A stretch of DNA of 64,000 bases from an uncultured Candidatus Binatia bacterium (GCA_965242525.1 OZ251459.1:1024001-1088000), one strand, 5' to 3'. Shown: positions 20,875 to 31,222, counted from the first letter of the stretch. Made by a program: numbers and translations. Notes: a model not told the origin generated them from the sequence alone.

Positions 20875-22356
20875 GTGGACGAGACCAACGAGCAGGACCA
20901 GATCAGGGCGCGCCGCCACAAGATGGCGAAGCTCAAGGCAGGGGGCCGCCCCGCCTACCCCAACGACTTCCGCCCCACCCACACGGTCCGGGCCATACGC
21001 GACCGCTGCGAAGCCCTGACGCAACCGGAACTGGAGGCGTTGCCCGAAGGTTTCTCGCTGGCGGGGCGCATCCGCGCCCTCCGGCCCCACGGCAAGGCCG
21101 CGTTCCTGGAGCTGCACGACGGCGCCGGGAGGTTGCAGGTGTACGCGCGCAAGGACCGGCTGGGGGAGGACGCCTACGAACTGGTCCGCTCCCTGGACGT
21201 GGGGGACATCGCGGGCGTGCGCGGACGGCTGTTCCGCACCCGCACCAACGAGCTCACCGTCGAGGCCGGGGAGGTCCGCCTCCTCAGCAAGTGCATCCGG
21301 CCGTTGCCGGAGAAGTGGCACGGCCTGAAGGACGTGGAGACGCGCTACCGGCAGCGGTACGTGGACCTGATGGTCAACCCCGAGGTCCGGGAGGTGTTCC
21401 GGAACCGGTCGCGGATCATTGCGCTGGTCCGCGGCTTCCTGGACCGGCGGGGTTTCCTCGAAGTCGAGACCCCGATGATGCAGCCCATGGCGGGGGGCGC
21501 CGCGGCCAGGCCCTTCGTGACCCACCACAACGCCCTGGACCTGGACCTCTACCTCCGGGTGGCGCCGGAGTTGTTCCTCAAGCGGCTGCTGGTGGGAGGC
21601 TTCGAGCGGGTGTTCGAGCTGAACCGCAGCTTCCGCAACGAGGGCCTCTCCACGCGCCACAACCCCGAGTTCACCATGCTCGAATTCTACCAGGCCTACG
21701 CCGACTACCGGGACATGATGGATCTCACCGAGGAGTTGTTCGTGATGCTCGCGCAAGAGGTCCGCGGGAGCCTGCGCATCCCTTGGGGCGACCACGAAGT
21801 GGACCTGGAAAGGCCCTGGCAGCGGCTTTCCCTGACCCAGGGCGTGGCCCGGTACGCCGAGGTGGAGGAAGCGGACCTGGACACGACGAAGGGGTTGCGA
21901 GAGGTTGCGGAGAAGCACGACCTGAAGCTCGATCCCAAGCTCGACTACGGCAAGCTGCTGGTGGAGTTGTTCGAGCGCCTGGTGGAGCCGCGGCTGGTCC
22001 AGCCGACCTTCGTGACGGACTACCCCCAGGAGGTCTCGCCCCTGGCGCGCCGGAACGACTCGCGCCCTCGTTTCGTCGATCGCTTCGAGCTCTTCATCGG
22101 CGGAAGGGAACTGGCCAACGCGTTCTCCGAGCTGAACGATCCGGACGACCAGCGGCAGCGGTTCGAGCAGCAGGCCGCGGCCCGGCGCGCCGGGGACCAT
22201 ACGGCCTGCGAGGTGGACGAGGATTACCTGCGCGCGCTGGAGTACGCCATGCCCCCGGCCGCGGGAGAAGGCGTCGGCATCGACCGGCTGGCCATGCTGC
22301 TCACCAACTCCTCCTCCATCCGGGACGTGATCCTGTTCCCGCTCCTGCGCTCCTGA
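20875..22356 (+). CDS. lysS: Lysine--tRNA ligase (class II)
   Basis: [33 protein letters not shown] and GIDRLAMLL motifs. Confidence 0.97.
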   Translation: MDETNEQDQIRARRHKMAKLKAGGRPAYPNDFRPTHTVRAIRDRCEALTQPELEALPEGFSLAGRIRALRPHGKAAFLELHDGAGRLQVYARKDRLGEDAYELVRSLDVGDIAGVRGRLFRTRTNELTVEAGEVRLLSKCIRPLPEKWHGLKDVETRYRQRYVDLMVNPEVREVFRNRSRIIALVRGFLDRRGFLEVETPMMQPMAGGAAARPFVTHHNALDLDLYLRVAPELFLKRLLVGGFERVFELNRSFRNEGLSTRHNPEFTMLEFYQAYADYRDMMDLTEELFVMLAQEVRGSLRIPWGDHEVDLERPWQRLSLTQGVARYAEVEEADLDTTKGLREVAEKHDLKLDPKLDYGKLLVELFERLVEPRLVQPTFVTDYPQEVSPLARRNDSRPRFVDRFELFIGGRELANAFSELNDPDDQRQRFEQQAAARRAGDHTACEVDEDYLRALEYAMPPAAGEGVGIDRLAMLLTNSSSIRDVILFPLLRS

Positions 22357-22358
22357 CC

Positions 22359-23603
22359 ATGCGGTACGAGTTCTTCGTGGGGTTGCGCTACCTCCGGGCC
22401 CGGCGCAGCGAACGCTTCATCTCCCTGCTCACCGTCATCGCCGTCCTCGGGGTGATGATCTCGGTGGTGACCCTCAACGTGGTGATCGCGGTGATGACCG
22501 GGTTCGAGGAAGTGTTGCGGGACCGGCTCCTGGGCCTCAACTCGCATATCCTGCTGGTCAAGCCGGCGAGTTACCTCACCGGATACGAGGGGCTCGCCCG
22601 GCGGCTGGAAAGGAGGGAAGACGTCACCGCGGCGGCTCCGTCCCTCAACGGGCAGATCATCCTCACCTCCGGGAACCGGGTGTCCGGCGCGGTGGTGCGC
22701 GGCATCGACCCGAACCGCTCCCACGTGGAGATCGACGAATACCTGAAGCAGGGGACGCTGCGGGACCTCACGCTGCGGACGCAGGTGCAGGTGGACGGCC
22801 GGGACCTGAACCTGCCCGGCGTCATCATCGGCGACCGGCTCGCGGAGCAACTCCGGGTGGACCGGGGCGACCCGGTGCAGGCGGTGTCCCCGGTGGGCAG
22901 CCCCACCGCGGTGGGGATCATCCCGCGCATCCGGCGGTTCGCGGTGGCCGGCATCTTCGATTCGGGCATGCGCGAATACGACAGCGGCCTGGTCTTCATG
23001 GGCCTCGGCGACGCCCAGGGGTTCTTCGGCGTTGCCGACGTGGCCACCAGCATCGAGATCACGGTGGCCGACGCGGCCCGTGCGCGGAGCATCGCCGACC
23101 GCATCCAGGAGGCGGTGGGGTCCGGGTACCGGGTGGAGGACTGGACGCGCCTTTGGCCCAACCTGTTCGCGGCCTTGCGCCTGGAGAAGACCGTCTATTT
23201 CCTGGTGCTGCTGCTGATGGTGCTGATCGCCGCGTTCAACATCGTATCGACCCTCATCATGGTGGTGATGGAGAAGCGCAAGGACATCGCGGTGCTGCGC
23301 TCCCTGGGCGCGTCCCGCGGCGGCGTCCGATGGATATTCCTCCTGAACGGATGGATCATCGGCGCGGTGGGCACCCTGTTGGGGGTGGTCCTGGGCTACC
23401 TCCTGGCCCGCTTGATCCAGACCTACCAGTTCATCGAGCTCCCGGACGACGTGTTCCTGGTCTCCACCGTTCCGGTGAGCATCTCGCCCCTGTACTTCGC
23501 GCTGGTGGGGCTGGCGTCGTTGGCCATCTGCTGCCTCGCCAGCATCTATCCCGCGCGGCAGGCGGCGAAGCTGCATCCCGTGGACGTGATCCGTTACGAG
23601 TAG
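22359..23603 (+). CDS. lolE: Lipoprotein-releasing ABC transporter permease LolC/E
   Basis: MRYEFFVGLRYLRA, AVMTGFE, AAFNIVSTL..VMEKRKDIAVLRSLGA and YPARQAA motifs. Confidence 0.92.
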   Translation: MRYEFFVGLRYLRARRSERFISLLTVIAVLGVMISVVTLNVVIAVMTGFEEVLRDRLLGLNSHILLVKPASYLTGYEGLARRLERREDVTAAAPSLNGQIILTSGNRVSGAVVRGIDPNRSHVEIDEYLKQGTLRDLTLRTQVQVDGRDLNLPGVIIGDRLAEQLRVDRGDPVQAVSPVGSPTAVGIIPRIRRFAVAGIFDSGMREYDSGLVFMGLGDAQGFFGVADVATSIEITVADAARARSIADRIQEAVGSGYRVEDWTRLWPNLFAALRLEKTVYFLVLLLMVLIAAFNIVSTLIMVVMEKRKDIAVLRSLGASRGGVRWIFLLNGWIIGAVGTLLGVVLGYLLARLIQTYQFIELPDDVFLVSTVPVSISPLYFALVGLASLAICCLASIYPARQAAKLHPVDVIRYE

Positions 23604-23609
23604 CCGCGC

Positions 23610-24332
23610 GTGTCGTTCCTGGTGGAAATACGGGGACTCGGGAAGTCCTACGTGGGCGGCGACAAGAGGGTGGACGTGTTGACGGACCTGGACCTGGCCT
23701 TGCGTCAGGGAGAGCGGCTGGCCATCATCGGCGAGTCCGGCGTCGGCAAGAGCACCCTGCTGTACATCATCGGCACCCTCGACCGGCCGGACCGGGGCGC
23801 CGTGTGCTACGAGGGGGTCGATGTGGCCACCTGGAGCGACGACGAAGTCTCCCGGTTCCGCAACCGGGCCATCGGCTTCGTGTTCCAGTTCCACCACTTG
23901 CTGCCGGACTTCACCGCCCTGGAGAACGTCATGATGCCCGCCCTCATCGCGCGATGGGACCGCGCCAGGGCCCGGGAGTCCGCCCGGGAGCTGCTGGAGA
24001 CCGTGGGACTCGCGCCGCGGTTGACGCACCGTCCCGGGGAGTTGTCCGGGGGAGAGCAGCAGCGGGTGGCCATCGCCCGTTCCCTCGTCCTCGGGCCGCG
24101 GCTCATGCTGGCCGACGAGCCCACCGGCAACCTCGACCCCGCGGCCGCAGGCGAGGTGGAGGACCTGCTCTGCCGCCTCAACGAGACCCGCGGCCTGGGT
24201 CTCATCACCACCACCCACAACCGGCAGTTGGCCGGGCGCATGAGCCGGCAGTTGGAGCTGCGCGACGGCCGGCTCTTCCCCGCGGCGGACCGGGCGGGGA
24301 GGGACGCAGGCCGCCGGGGACCGCCCCCGTGA
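23610..24332 (+). CDS. lolD: Lipoprotein-releasing ABC ATPase LolD
   Basis: [27 protein letters not shown] and ADEPTGNLD motifs. Confidence 0.93.
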   Translation: MSFLVEIRGLGKSYVGGDKRVDVLTDLDLALRQGERLAIIGESGVGKSTLLYIIGTLDRPDRGAVCYEGVDVATWSDDEVSRFRNRAIGFVFQFHHLLPDFTALENVMMPALIARWDRARARESARELLETVGLAPRLTHRPGELSGGEQQRVAIARSLVLGPRLMLADEPTGNLDPAAAGEVEDLLCRLNETRGLGLITTTHNRQLAGRMSRQLELRDGRLFPAADRAGRDAGRRGPPP

Positions 24333-24454
24333 GCGGCGCCGCTCCCGGCTGCGCGCTCTACCCGGATTCCCCGCCGGATGAGAGGGGGACCCTCTGGCAG
24401 TGGCCAACCCCGCGGATGGATGCTATGCACATGGCTGGAACAGCCAAAGGAAAA

Positions 24455-24543
24455 GCGCGTCCTTCGACTTCGCTACGCTACGCTCAGGACGAACGGGGCA
24501 ATTGTTCAGGGTTTCCCTTACCCACACGAAAGCCGGAAGAGCC
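24455..24543 (+). repeat. Family A core with right TIR, followed by a family C (ISL3-like) end
   Basis: GTCCTTCGACTTCGCTACGCTACGCTCAGGACGAACGG..AATTGTTCAGGGTTTCC, then ACCCACACGAAAGCCGGAAGAGCC (24520-24543). Confidence 0.87.
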
Positions 24544-24562
24544 GGAAAAGCGAATGGAAAAG

Positions 24563-24577
24563 CCCCCCCCCCCCCCC
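24563..24577 (+). repeat. C15 homopolymer upstream of the surface lipoprotein gene
   Basis: Direct count of 15 consecutive C. Confidence 0.9.
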
Positions 24578-24645
24578 AGTGAAACAGGCAGTCTGCTCAT
24601 CGGCACGCCAGCACTCGATGTTCCTGTTCCGGCCCTTCCGTTGAT

Positions 24646-24688
24646 GGATTCCCGCTTTCGCGGGAATGACGAGGCGGGCGCCTCGAAC
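24646..24688 (-). repeat. Family B palindrome
   Basis: GGATTCCCGCTTTCGCGGGAATGACGAGGCGGGCGCCTCGAA. Confidence 0.9.
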
Positions 24689-24777
24689 ATCCCCTCATTT
24701 TTGAGGATTCGAATTCGGGGAGGGTTCGACCCCGTTCGACCTCGGGCGCTTCGGATCAACCAGCAAGGAGACTTCAC

Positions 24778-26484
24778 ATGATCTCAACCAAAGACCATTT
24801 CCATCCGGAAACCTCCCGAACTCCCGCCTTGAACCGAAGCAAGGAGGATTCGACCCCATTTGGCCCCAAGAACTTCGGATTAAATCCCGCCTTCTGCAGA
24901 GGTCTTCGGACAATGATCCCCGTTCGTCTTGAGCGTAGCAACCCTCCCGTTCGTCCTGAGCGTAGCGTAGCGAAGTCGAAGGACGCCCTTTTCGTCCTCG
25001 CAACCGTCCTGATGATCGTGGCCCTGGCCGGCTGCGGCGGCGGCGGCAAGACCGCGGCGCTGCCCACGCCTGTTGCCATAGAGGAATTGCCTCGGGGTAG
25101 TATGCTGGAACCGGGCACGATCCTTCCGGGTATGAGCCGGACGCTCCAGAATGCCGACGGCACGAGGACCGTCGTTACGTGCCCGGATGAAGGCGATGCC
25201 TGCGTCGTCACCCTTGGCCCGGACGGCGCCCCCCAATCCACCGGCGGCACGCTCACGGTAACCACGTACACCACCCTGTACCTGCCGAGTGGTCATACCC
25301 TGACCGAAGGCACGATCCTTGCCGGTGAGAGGCGGCCGATAGGCTATTCCAGGGGCAGGAGCTACGACCTCGCGTGCCCGTTGGACGGCGAGGACTGTGA
25401 GATCATCCTTGGGGAGTACGACTTCGAATCCACGGGCGGCATGCCTTACCTCGATGTGGCCGCGAGCAACGAGATGGTCTGGCAGGCCAACAACGGCCCT
25501 GACGGGACTTCGAACGGAGCCCATGCCAGAGGCCTCGAAGCGAGGCTGCTGTTGGGCAACTCCCTCAACCCCCTGTACGGAGCAGGGGACGCAGGGGACG
25601 CCAGAAGGCACGGGGCAATCGTGACGAACACCAAGAGCCTCGCATCGGATACCCGTCGGACGGTGAACGCCTCCGCAAGCTGGGCCAGCAGCGACGCCGA
25701 GCCGACGTTGGGGTTGACCGTGTCGGACACGGGGGCCAACACCTTCTCGGTTGACGGGGACAGTGACGTCCCCAGCCTCGGAACGGGTTGGAACGGCGCG
25801 GCGCTGAGCAAAACCATCCCTGTTGGCGGAAGCACCGCGCATGCCGTCCTCTACTCGAACATCGAGAAGCAGCCTGACGGGGGAAACGCGGACGCATACT
25901 ACCTGGTCTTCGGAGCATGGCTGTCGTTGCCCGACGACCCCGCGTCCGCAGCACCCAGTGACTTGGGGGTCTTCGCGAACGGCTATTCATCGAATCCGGT
26001 CACCATAGGCCAAGTCATGAACCAGGCCGGCACGGCCACGTACAGAGGTCCGGCAACCGGTCTCTATTCGACGGCTACCTACACGGGCTCGGGCGGCTCA
26101 CGCACGCTGCAAAGCGCAAAGGTCGGCTCCTTCACCGCAAGAGCCACCATCCGGGTGAACTTCGGCGCCGGCATAGGGTCCTTCAACTCGGTGAGTGGAA
26201 ACGTCGCCAATTTCATGGAGAACGGCGAACCCCTCGGTAATTGGACGCTGAACTTCAACAGTACGTCCTCCCGCGACAGCTCCAGTCCAGCCATCTTCGT
26301 CGGCGCCGCTCGCGGTCAAGCGGACGGCCGCAGTTTTTCGGAGGGACGGTGGGGGGTCCAGTTCTACCGGGAATCGACCAGCGGCCATCCGGACTCGGCC
26401 GTGGGGACCTTCACTGCGTCCACCGCCGCTTCGAACAACGACGCCATGCGCTTGGCCGGCGTGTTCGGCGCCGACCGCCAATGA
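24778..26484 (+). CDS. Surface lipoprotein with two Cys-pair repeats and a C-terminal TbpB-like beta-barrel
   Basis: AAGGAG SD, lipobox LAGC, two ~60-aa repeats (LP.G..L..GTI..G..CP..G..C..LG..STGG), C-terminal ATYRGPATG..WGVQFY..AVGTF..GVFGA. Confidence 0.72.
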   Translation: MISTKDHFHPETSRTPALNRSKEDSTPFGPKNFGLNPAFCRGLRTMIPVRLERSNPPVRPERSVAKSKDALFVLATVLMIVALAGCGGGGKTAALPTPVAIEELPRGSMLEPGTILPGMSRTLQNADGTRTVVTCPDEGDACVVTLGPDGAPQSTGGTLTVTTYTTLYLPSGHTLTEGTILAGERRPIGYSRGRSYDLACPLDGEDCEIILGEYDFESTGGMPYLDVAASNEMVWQANNGPDGTSNGAHARGLEARLLLGNSLNPLYGAGDAGDARRHGAIVTNTKSLASDTRRTVNASASWASSDAEPTLGLTVSDTGANTFSVDGDSDVPSLGTGWNGAALSKTIPVGGSTAHAVLYSNIEKQPDGGNADAYYLVFGAWLSLPDDPASAAPSDLGVFANGYSSNPVTIGQVMNQAGTATYRGPATGLYSTATYTGSGGSRTLQSAKVGSFTARATIRVNFGAGIGSFNSVSGNVANFMENGEPLGNWTLNFNSTSSRDSSSPAIFVGAARGQADGRSFSEGRWGVQFYRESTSGHPDSAVGTFTASTAASNNDAMRLAGVFGADRQ

Positions 26485-26505
26485 AGCGGGTCGCCCTTCC
26501 TTCCC

Positions 26506-26605
26506 TCGAAGGCCCCGCCTCGTCATTCCCGCGCGACGAAACCGGATTCCCGCTTTCGCGGGAATGACGGAGGCGAGGCGTCTGCGGGAATGACGAGGCG
26601 GGGGC
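26506..26605. repeat. Family B cluster (inverted and tandem units)
   Basis: CGTCATTCCCGCG.., GGATTCCCGCTTTCGCGGGAATGACG and GCGGGAATGACGAGGCGG. Confidence 0.9.
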
Positions 26606-26796
26606 GTCTGCGACGCCAAACCGAGGACGGCATGTTCGGCCTGCACGGAGTTCCCCGCAAGGCCGAAATTCGAACTCGCCCAACCTGCCTGCCGCGGACC
26701 GGGCGGCGGGTCCGGGTTTACAACGGTGCGGGAACTTGTTAGCAGAACGGGGGAGACCCGTGTCTTTCCCGTGTACCGACCGTGTGGACCACTGAC

Positions 26797-29169
26797 ATGA
26801 GAATCGTGGCGGCCGTGGCGACCTGCCTGTGCTGGTTGGCGGGATGGCAGGGGCTCGCCCTGTCGGCCTCCCTCGTCAGCGAAGTCCGTGTGGAAGGCAG
26901 CCTGAGGGTCGAAGAAGACGCCATCCGGTTGAACATCGAGTCCCGGCAGGGCCGACCCTTCGACCGGGAGACCGTGGACCGGGACGTCAAGGCCATCTAC
27001 CGGATGGGTTTCTTCGACGACGTGACGGTGGACTTCTCGGACGACGGGATACTCACCTATACGGTCCGGGAACGTCCGTACGTCAAGCAGGTGGAGATCT
27101 TCGGCAACGACAACGTGGCCACCGAGGACATCGAGGCGGCCCTCGGCGTCCGGCCCCGGACGGCTCTGGACGGGGCGCGGCTCCAGGAAGGGCTGCAACG
27201 GGTCCTGAGGCTCTACGGCGAAGCCGGGCACGTCAACACCCGGGTGGACTATGCGCTGTCTCCCCTGGAGAACAACCAGACCATCGTCACCCTGACCGTG
27301 GTCGAGGGCGAGACCCTGCGCATCAGGACCGTCTCCTTCGAGGGGAACGGCGCGTTCTCGGACGACGAGCTCAAGGACGTCATGGCCACCACGGAGCAGT
27401 GGACCTTTCCGTTCTTCGGCCGGGGCTGGCTCGACCCGGACGTCCTGGCCAACGACGTCACCAAGCTGTCGTTCTTCTACAGCGACAACGGTTTCGTGGA
27501 CGTCAAGGTCGACGAACCCATCGTCCTGACGCGGCGCGACGGGCTGGAAATCGTCGTCCGCATCCAGGAAGGCGAGCGTTACCGGATCGGCGAGGTGCAG
27601 CTCGGCGGCGACCTCGGGCGCAAGCCGGAGCGGCTGCTGGAGCACGTGTCGGTGACCTCGGGCCAGATCTTTCGCAGCAGTCGGCTGCTGAACGACCAGG
27701 CCGCCCTCGAACGGCGGTACGCCGACCGCGGGTTCGCTTTCGTGGAGGTCGAGCCGCTGACCCGGACGGACCGCGAGGAACGCCTCGTGGACGTGACCTT
27801 CATGGTCAACCGCGGACCGGTGGTGTACGTGGACCAGGTGAAGATCGCCGGGAACGTCAAGACCGTGGACAAGGTGATCCGCCGGGAGTTGGAGGTGGCC
27901 GAGAAGGAACGGTTCTCTTCCGACGAGATCCGCGAGAGCCGGAACGCCCTGCTGCGCACCGGATTCTTCAAGGACGTGACCGTGACCACGGAGAAGGACG
28001 AGGATCGGGAGGACCGGATCGACGTCCTGGTCGACGTGGAAGAAGCTCCCACCGGGGTGTTCAGCATTGGGGTCGGGTACAGCACCGCAAGCTCCTTCTC
28101 CTTCCAGACGTCCCTGGAGGAGAGGAACCTGTTCGGGACCGGCCGGCAGGTATCTGCGGACTTCAAGATCAGCAACGTCGATCAGGACATCGTCCTCGGC
28201 CTGGTGGAGCCCCGGGTCTTCGGCAGCCGCGCCGACCTGGGCTTCGACCTCTTCCACACCACCTCCGAGTTCAGGACCTGGACCAACCGGAGGAGCGGGA
28301 TGGCCAGCCGCGTCAGCATACCGCTGCGGTACGTCCACCTGCCTTTCGTCGGCCGCCACGTGGACCGCAGGCGTCGGGAGGACCCGGACTTCGACGACGA
28401 ACCGCGCTTCTCCATACTGGACCACCTCCACGGGGGCCTCGGCTACACGTTGTTCCGCAGCAAGATCACGGACGTGGACGAGGACGCTCCGTCGGGCATC
28501 CGGCCCGGCAAGTCCATTACCAGCGCGGTCACGCCGAGACTGTGGTATGATACCCGCAACCACTTCTTCACGCCCACCGAGGGGACCCACTCGGTCCTGT
28601 CCGTCAAGTTGGCCGGGTTGGGAGGGGACACCCGGTTCATGCGCACCGACGCGTCCGTGACGCGGTACTTCCCGGTGTTCCGGAACGCCACCGACTTCGA
28701 GTGGGCGCAGAAGATCGCGTTGATGGTGGGCGGGCGAATCGGCTATGGGGCGAGCTGGACCCGCGACGAGCTGCCGCTGTTCGAGCGCTACTTCGTGGGC
28801 GGCATCGGTTCGGTGCGCGGGTTCGAGTACCGCACCCTGGGTCCGCGCAGGTGCCCGGACGCCCAGCCGGATTGCACCGACCCGGAAGTGGTGGGGGGCA
28901 ACAAGCAACTCATCCTGAGAACGGAGCTCCACTTCCCGATCCTGGACCAGTGGGGACTCAGGGGCGCCCTCTTCCTCGACCAGGGGCAGGCCTTCGGGCC
29001 GTCGGAGAACATCGCCATCGAGGATCTGAAACGGTCGGCGGGGGTGGCGGCCCAGTGGCTGTCGCCCATCGGCCCGGTCAAGTTGAGTTGGGGGTTCCCC
29101 CTCAACGCCGACGCCTCCGACCACAAGGAGTTGCTGGGGTTCACCATTGGCAGGGTCGGCGAATTCTGA
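26797..29169 (+). CDS. bamA: Outer membrane protein assembly factor BamA
   Basis: POTRA repeats, ERNLFGTG, SVRGF and WLSPIGPV motifs, terminal Phe. Confidence 0.95.
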   Translation: MRIVAAVATCLCWLAGWQGLALSASLVSEVRVEGSLRVEEDAIRLNIESRQGRPFDRETVDRDVKAIYRMGFFDDVTVDFSDDGILTYTVRERPYVKQVEIFGNDNVATEDIEAALGVRPRTALDGARLQEGLQRVLRLYGEAGHVNTRVDYALSPLENNQTIVTLTVVEGETLRIRTVSFEGNGAFSDDELKDVMATTEQWTFPFFGRGWLDPDVLANDVTKLSFFYSDNGFVDVKVDEPIVLTRRDGLEIVVRIQEGERYRIGEVQLGGDLGRKPERLLEHVSVTSGQIFRSSRLLNDQAALERRYADRGFAFVEVEPLTRTDREERLVDVTFMVNRGPVVYVDQVKIAGNVKTVDKVIRRELEVAEKERFSSDEIRESRNALLRTGFFKDVTVTTEKDEDREDRIDVLVDVEEAPTGVFSIGVGYSTASSFSFQTSLEERNLFGTGRQVSADFKISNVDQDIVLGLVEPRVFGSRADLGFDLFHTTSEFRTWTNRRSGMASRVSIPLRYVHLPFVGRHVDRRRREDPDFDDEPRFSILDHLHGGLGYTLFRSKITDVDEDAPSGIRPGKSITSAVTPRLWYDTRNHFFTPTEGTHSVLSVKLAGLGGDTRFMRTDASVTRYFPVFRNATDFEWAQKIALMVGGRIGYGASWTRDELPLFERYFVGGIGSVRGFEYRTLGPRRCPDAQPDCTDPEVVGGNKQLILRTELHFPILDQWGLRGALFLDQGQAFGPSENIAIEDLKRSAGVAAQWLSPIGPVKLSWGFPLNADASDHKELLGFTIGRVGEF

Positions 29170-29197
29170 CCGGCCCGCAGGTCTCAGGGAGGTTACG

Positions 29198-29719
29198 GTG
29201 GTTCGAGCATTCATGGCCGTGTTGTCGTTGGCGTTGCTGACGGTCCCCGCCTGGGGCCAGGAGCTCAAGGTCGGCTTCGTCAGCCTCCAGAAGGCCATCA
29301 GCGAGTCGAAGAGCGGACAGAGCGCCCGGGAGAGCTTCCAGACCGCCATCAAGGAAAGGCAGGAGGCGCTGTTGAAGGAGAAACAGGCCATCGAGAGCAG
29401 GCGGAAGGACCTGGAGAAGCAGGCCGTCCTGATGAAGGAGAGCGAGCGCGCCAAAGCCCAGCGGGAGTTCCAGCTCCGCGTGCGCGATTACGAACGCAAG
29501 ACGAGGGACATGCGCGAGGAACTGGCCCTCCGGGAACAGGAAGTGACCAACTCGATCCTCAAGGACCTCCAGAAGGTCATCGCGGAGGTGGGGAAGACCG
29601 GAAGGTTCACCATGATCCTCGAACAGGGCCAGTTGCTCTACACCGACAAGGGCATCGACATCACCGACGAAGTGATCCGGCTCTACAACGAGCGCTTCCA
29701 GAACGACAAGGAGAGGTGA
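29198..29719 (+). CDS. skp: OmpH/Skp periplasmic chaperone
   Basis: Signal peptide, KVGFVSLQ, coiled coil, DITDEVI. Lies between bamA and lpxD. Confidence 0.9.
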   Translation: MVRAFMAVLSLALLTVPAWGQELKVGFVSLQKAISESKSGQSARESFQTAIKERQEALLKEKQAIESRRKDLEKQAVLMKESERAKAQREFQLRVRDYERKTRDMREELALREQEVTNSILKDLQKVIAEVGKTGRFTMILEQGQLLYTDKGIDITDEVIRLYNERFQNDKER

Positions 29720-30771
29720 CGGCCTCGGGCAGACCACTTGCCGACCTGGCCGAGATGGTCGGCGGACGGGTTGTCGGCGATCCCCGCGTGATCATCGAAG
29801 GGGTGTCCTCCATCGACGAGGCCGGCCCCGGAGACATCACCTTCCTCGGCCACCCGCGGTACCGGAAGCACCTGGCGTCGTGCGCGGCGAGCGCGGTGAT
29901 CGTGGGCCCGGGGGCGTGGAGCGGGACCCCCTCGAACCTCCTCCAGGTGGACGACCCCTACCGCGCGTTCGCCCGTGTCCACGGGTGGTTCCATCCCCCC
30001 GCCGCACACGAACCCGGCATCAGCCCCCTGGCCTTCGTGGACCCCGCCGCGTCGGTGGGACCGGACGCCGCCGTCTATCCGCACTGCTACGTGGGGAGGG
30101 GGGCCCGGGTCGGGGAAGCCACCGTGCTCATGCCGGGGGTGGTCATCGGCGCGGACGCGCGGCTCGGCAAGCGCTGCGTGCTGCATCCCAACGTGACGGT
30201 AGGGGAGCGCTGCCGCATCGGCGACGGCGTCGTGCTCCACGCGGGCGTGGTCATCGGAAGCGACGGGTTCGGCTATGCCGGCCAGGGTCCCGGACGGGTC
30301 AAGGTGCCCCAGGCCGGCATCGTGGAAGTGGCGGACCACGTGGAGGTGGGCGCCAACACCACCGTGGACCGGGCCACCATCGGGAGCACCCGCATCGGCG
30401 CCGGCACGAAGATCGACAACCTCGTGCAGGTGGGGCACAACGTCGTCATCGGCGAACGCTGCCTGATCGTCGCCCAGACGGGCATCGCGGGCAGCGCGGT
30501 GGTGGGGGACGACGTGGTCCTGGCCGGGCAGGCGGGCGTCAAGGACCACGTGGAGGTGGGGAGCCGCTCGGTCATCGGGCCCAGGTGCGGGGTGACCCAG
30601 CCGGTCCCGCCGGGGTCGGTGCTGTCCGGGTTGATCCCGGTGGCCCCCCACAAGCAGTGGCTCCGGGTCATGGGGTTGCTGCCGAAGCTGCCGGCCCTGT
30701 GGCAGCGGGTCCGGCGGCTCGAGCGAACGGTCCACGGGCCCGCATCCCGGGGAGACGAGGGAGGCTCGTAG
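29716..30771 (+). CDS. lpxD: UDP-3-O-acyl-glucosamine N-acyltransferase
   Basis: GSDGFGY, GANTTVDRA and KIDNLVQVGHN motifs, hexapeptide repeats. Confidence 0.95.
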   Translation: MTASGRPLADLAEMVGGRVVGDPRVIIEGVSSIDEAGPGDITFLGHPRYRKHLASCAASAVIVGPGAWSGTPSNLLQVDDPYRAFARVHGWFHPPAAHEPGISPLAFVDPAASVGPDAAVYPHCYVGRGARVGEATVLMPGVVIGADARLGKRCVLHPNVTVGERCRIGDGVVLHAGVVIGSDGFGYAGQGPGRVKVPQAGIVEVADHVEVGANTTVDRATIGSTRIGAGTKIDNLVQVGHNVVIGERCLIVAQTGIAGSAVVGDDVVLAGQAGVKDHVEVGSRSVIGPRCGVTQPVPPGSVLSGLIPVAPHKQWLRVMGLLPKLPALWQRVRRLERTVHGPASRGDEGGS

Positions 30772-30775
30772 CGAG

Positions 30776-31204
30776 ATGATGGACACGACCGAGATATGCA
30801 AGCGGATCCCGCACCGGTATCCGATGCTCCTGGTGGACCGGATCCTGGAGGTCGAGCCGGGCCGGCGCATCGTGGGCCTCAAGAACGTCACCGTCAACGA
30901 AGGCTTCTTCCAGGGCCACTTCCCCGGGAAACCGGTCATGCCGGGGGTGCTGATCTGCGAGGCCATGGCCCAGGCGGGCGCCATCCTCGCGGGGTGCAGC
31001 GACGCGGAGACCGACAAGGTATTCTTCCTCACCGGCCTCGACGGGGTGAAGTTCAAGCACCCGGTGGAGCCCGGCGACCAACTGCGGATCGAGATGGAAG
31101 TATCGAGACGGCGCAAGAACTACTGGCGCATGAAGGGTTTCGTGGAAGTCGAAGGGAAGCGGGTGGCGGAGGCGGAGATCTCGGCCATGGAGATGCCCGC
31201 CTAG
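30776..31204 (+). CDS. fabZ: 3-hydroxyacyl-ACP dehydratase
   Basis: PHRYPMLLVDR and FQGHFPGKPVMPGVLICEAMAQ motifs. Confidence 0.96.
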   Translation: MMDTTEICKRIPHRYPMLLVDRILEVEPGRRIVGLKNVTVNEGFFQGHFPGKPVMPGVLICEAMAQAGAILAGCSDAETDKVFFLTGLDGVKFKHPVEPGDQLRIEMEVSRRRKNYWRMKGFVEVEGKRVAEAEISAMEMPA

Positions 31205-31222
31205 CCGCGGGGCGCGAAGCGG

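Noticed and set aside
24700-24765. tRNA gene suggested by GGTTCGACCCC
   Set aside because: I could not build an acceptor stem, D arm or anticodon arm around it.
26098-29454. Very long antisense ORFs (also 53525-56422, 59652-62162 and the 41556-43427 extension)
   Set aside because: They are shadows of real genes in high-GC DNA with biased codon usage and show no recognisable motifs.
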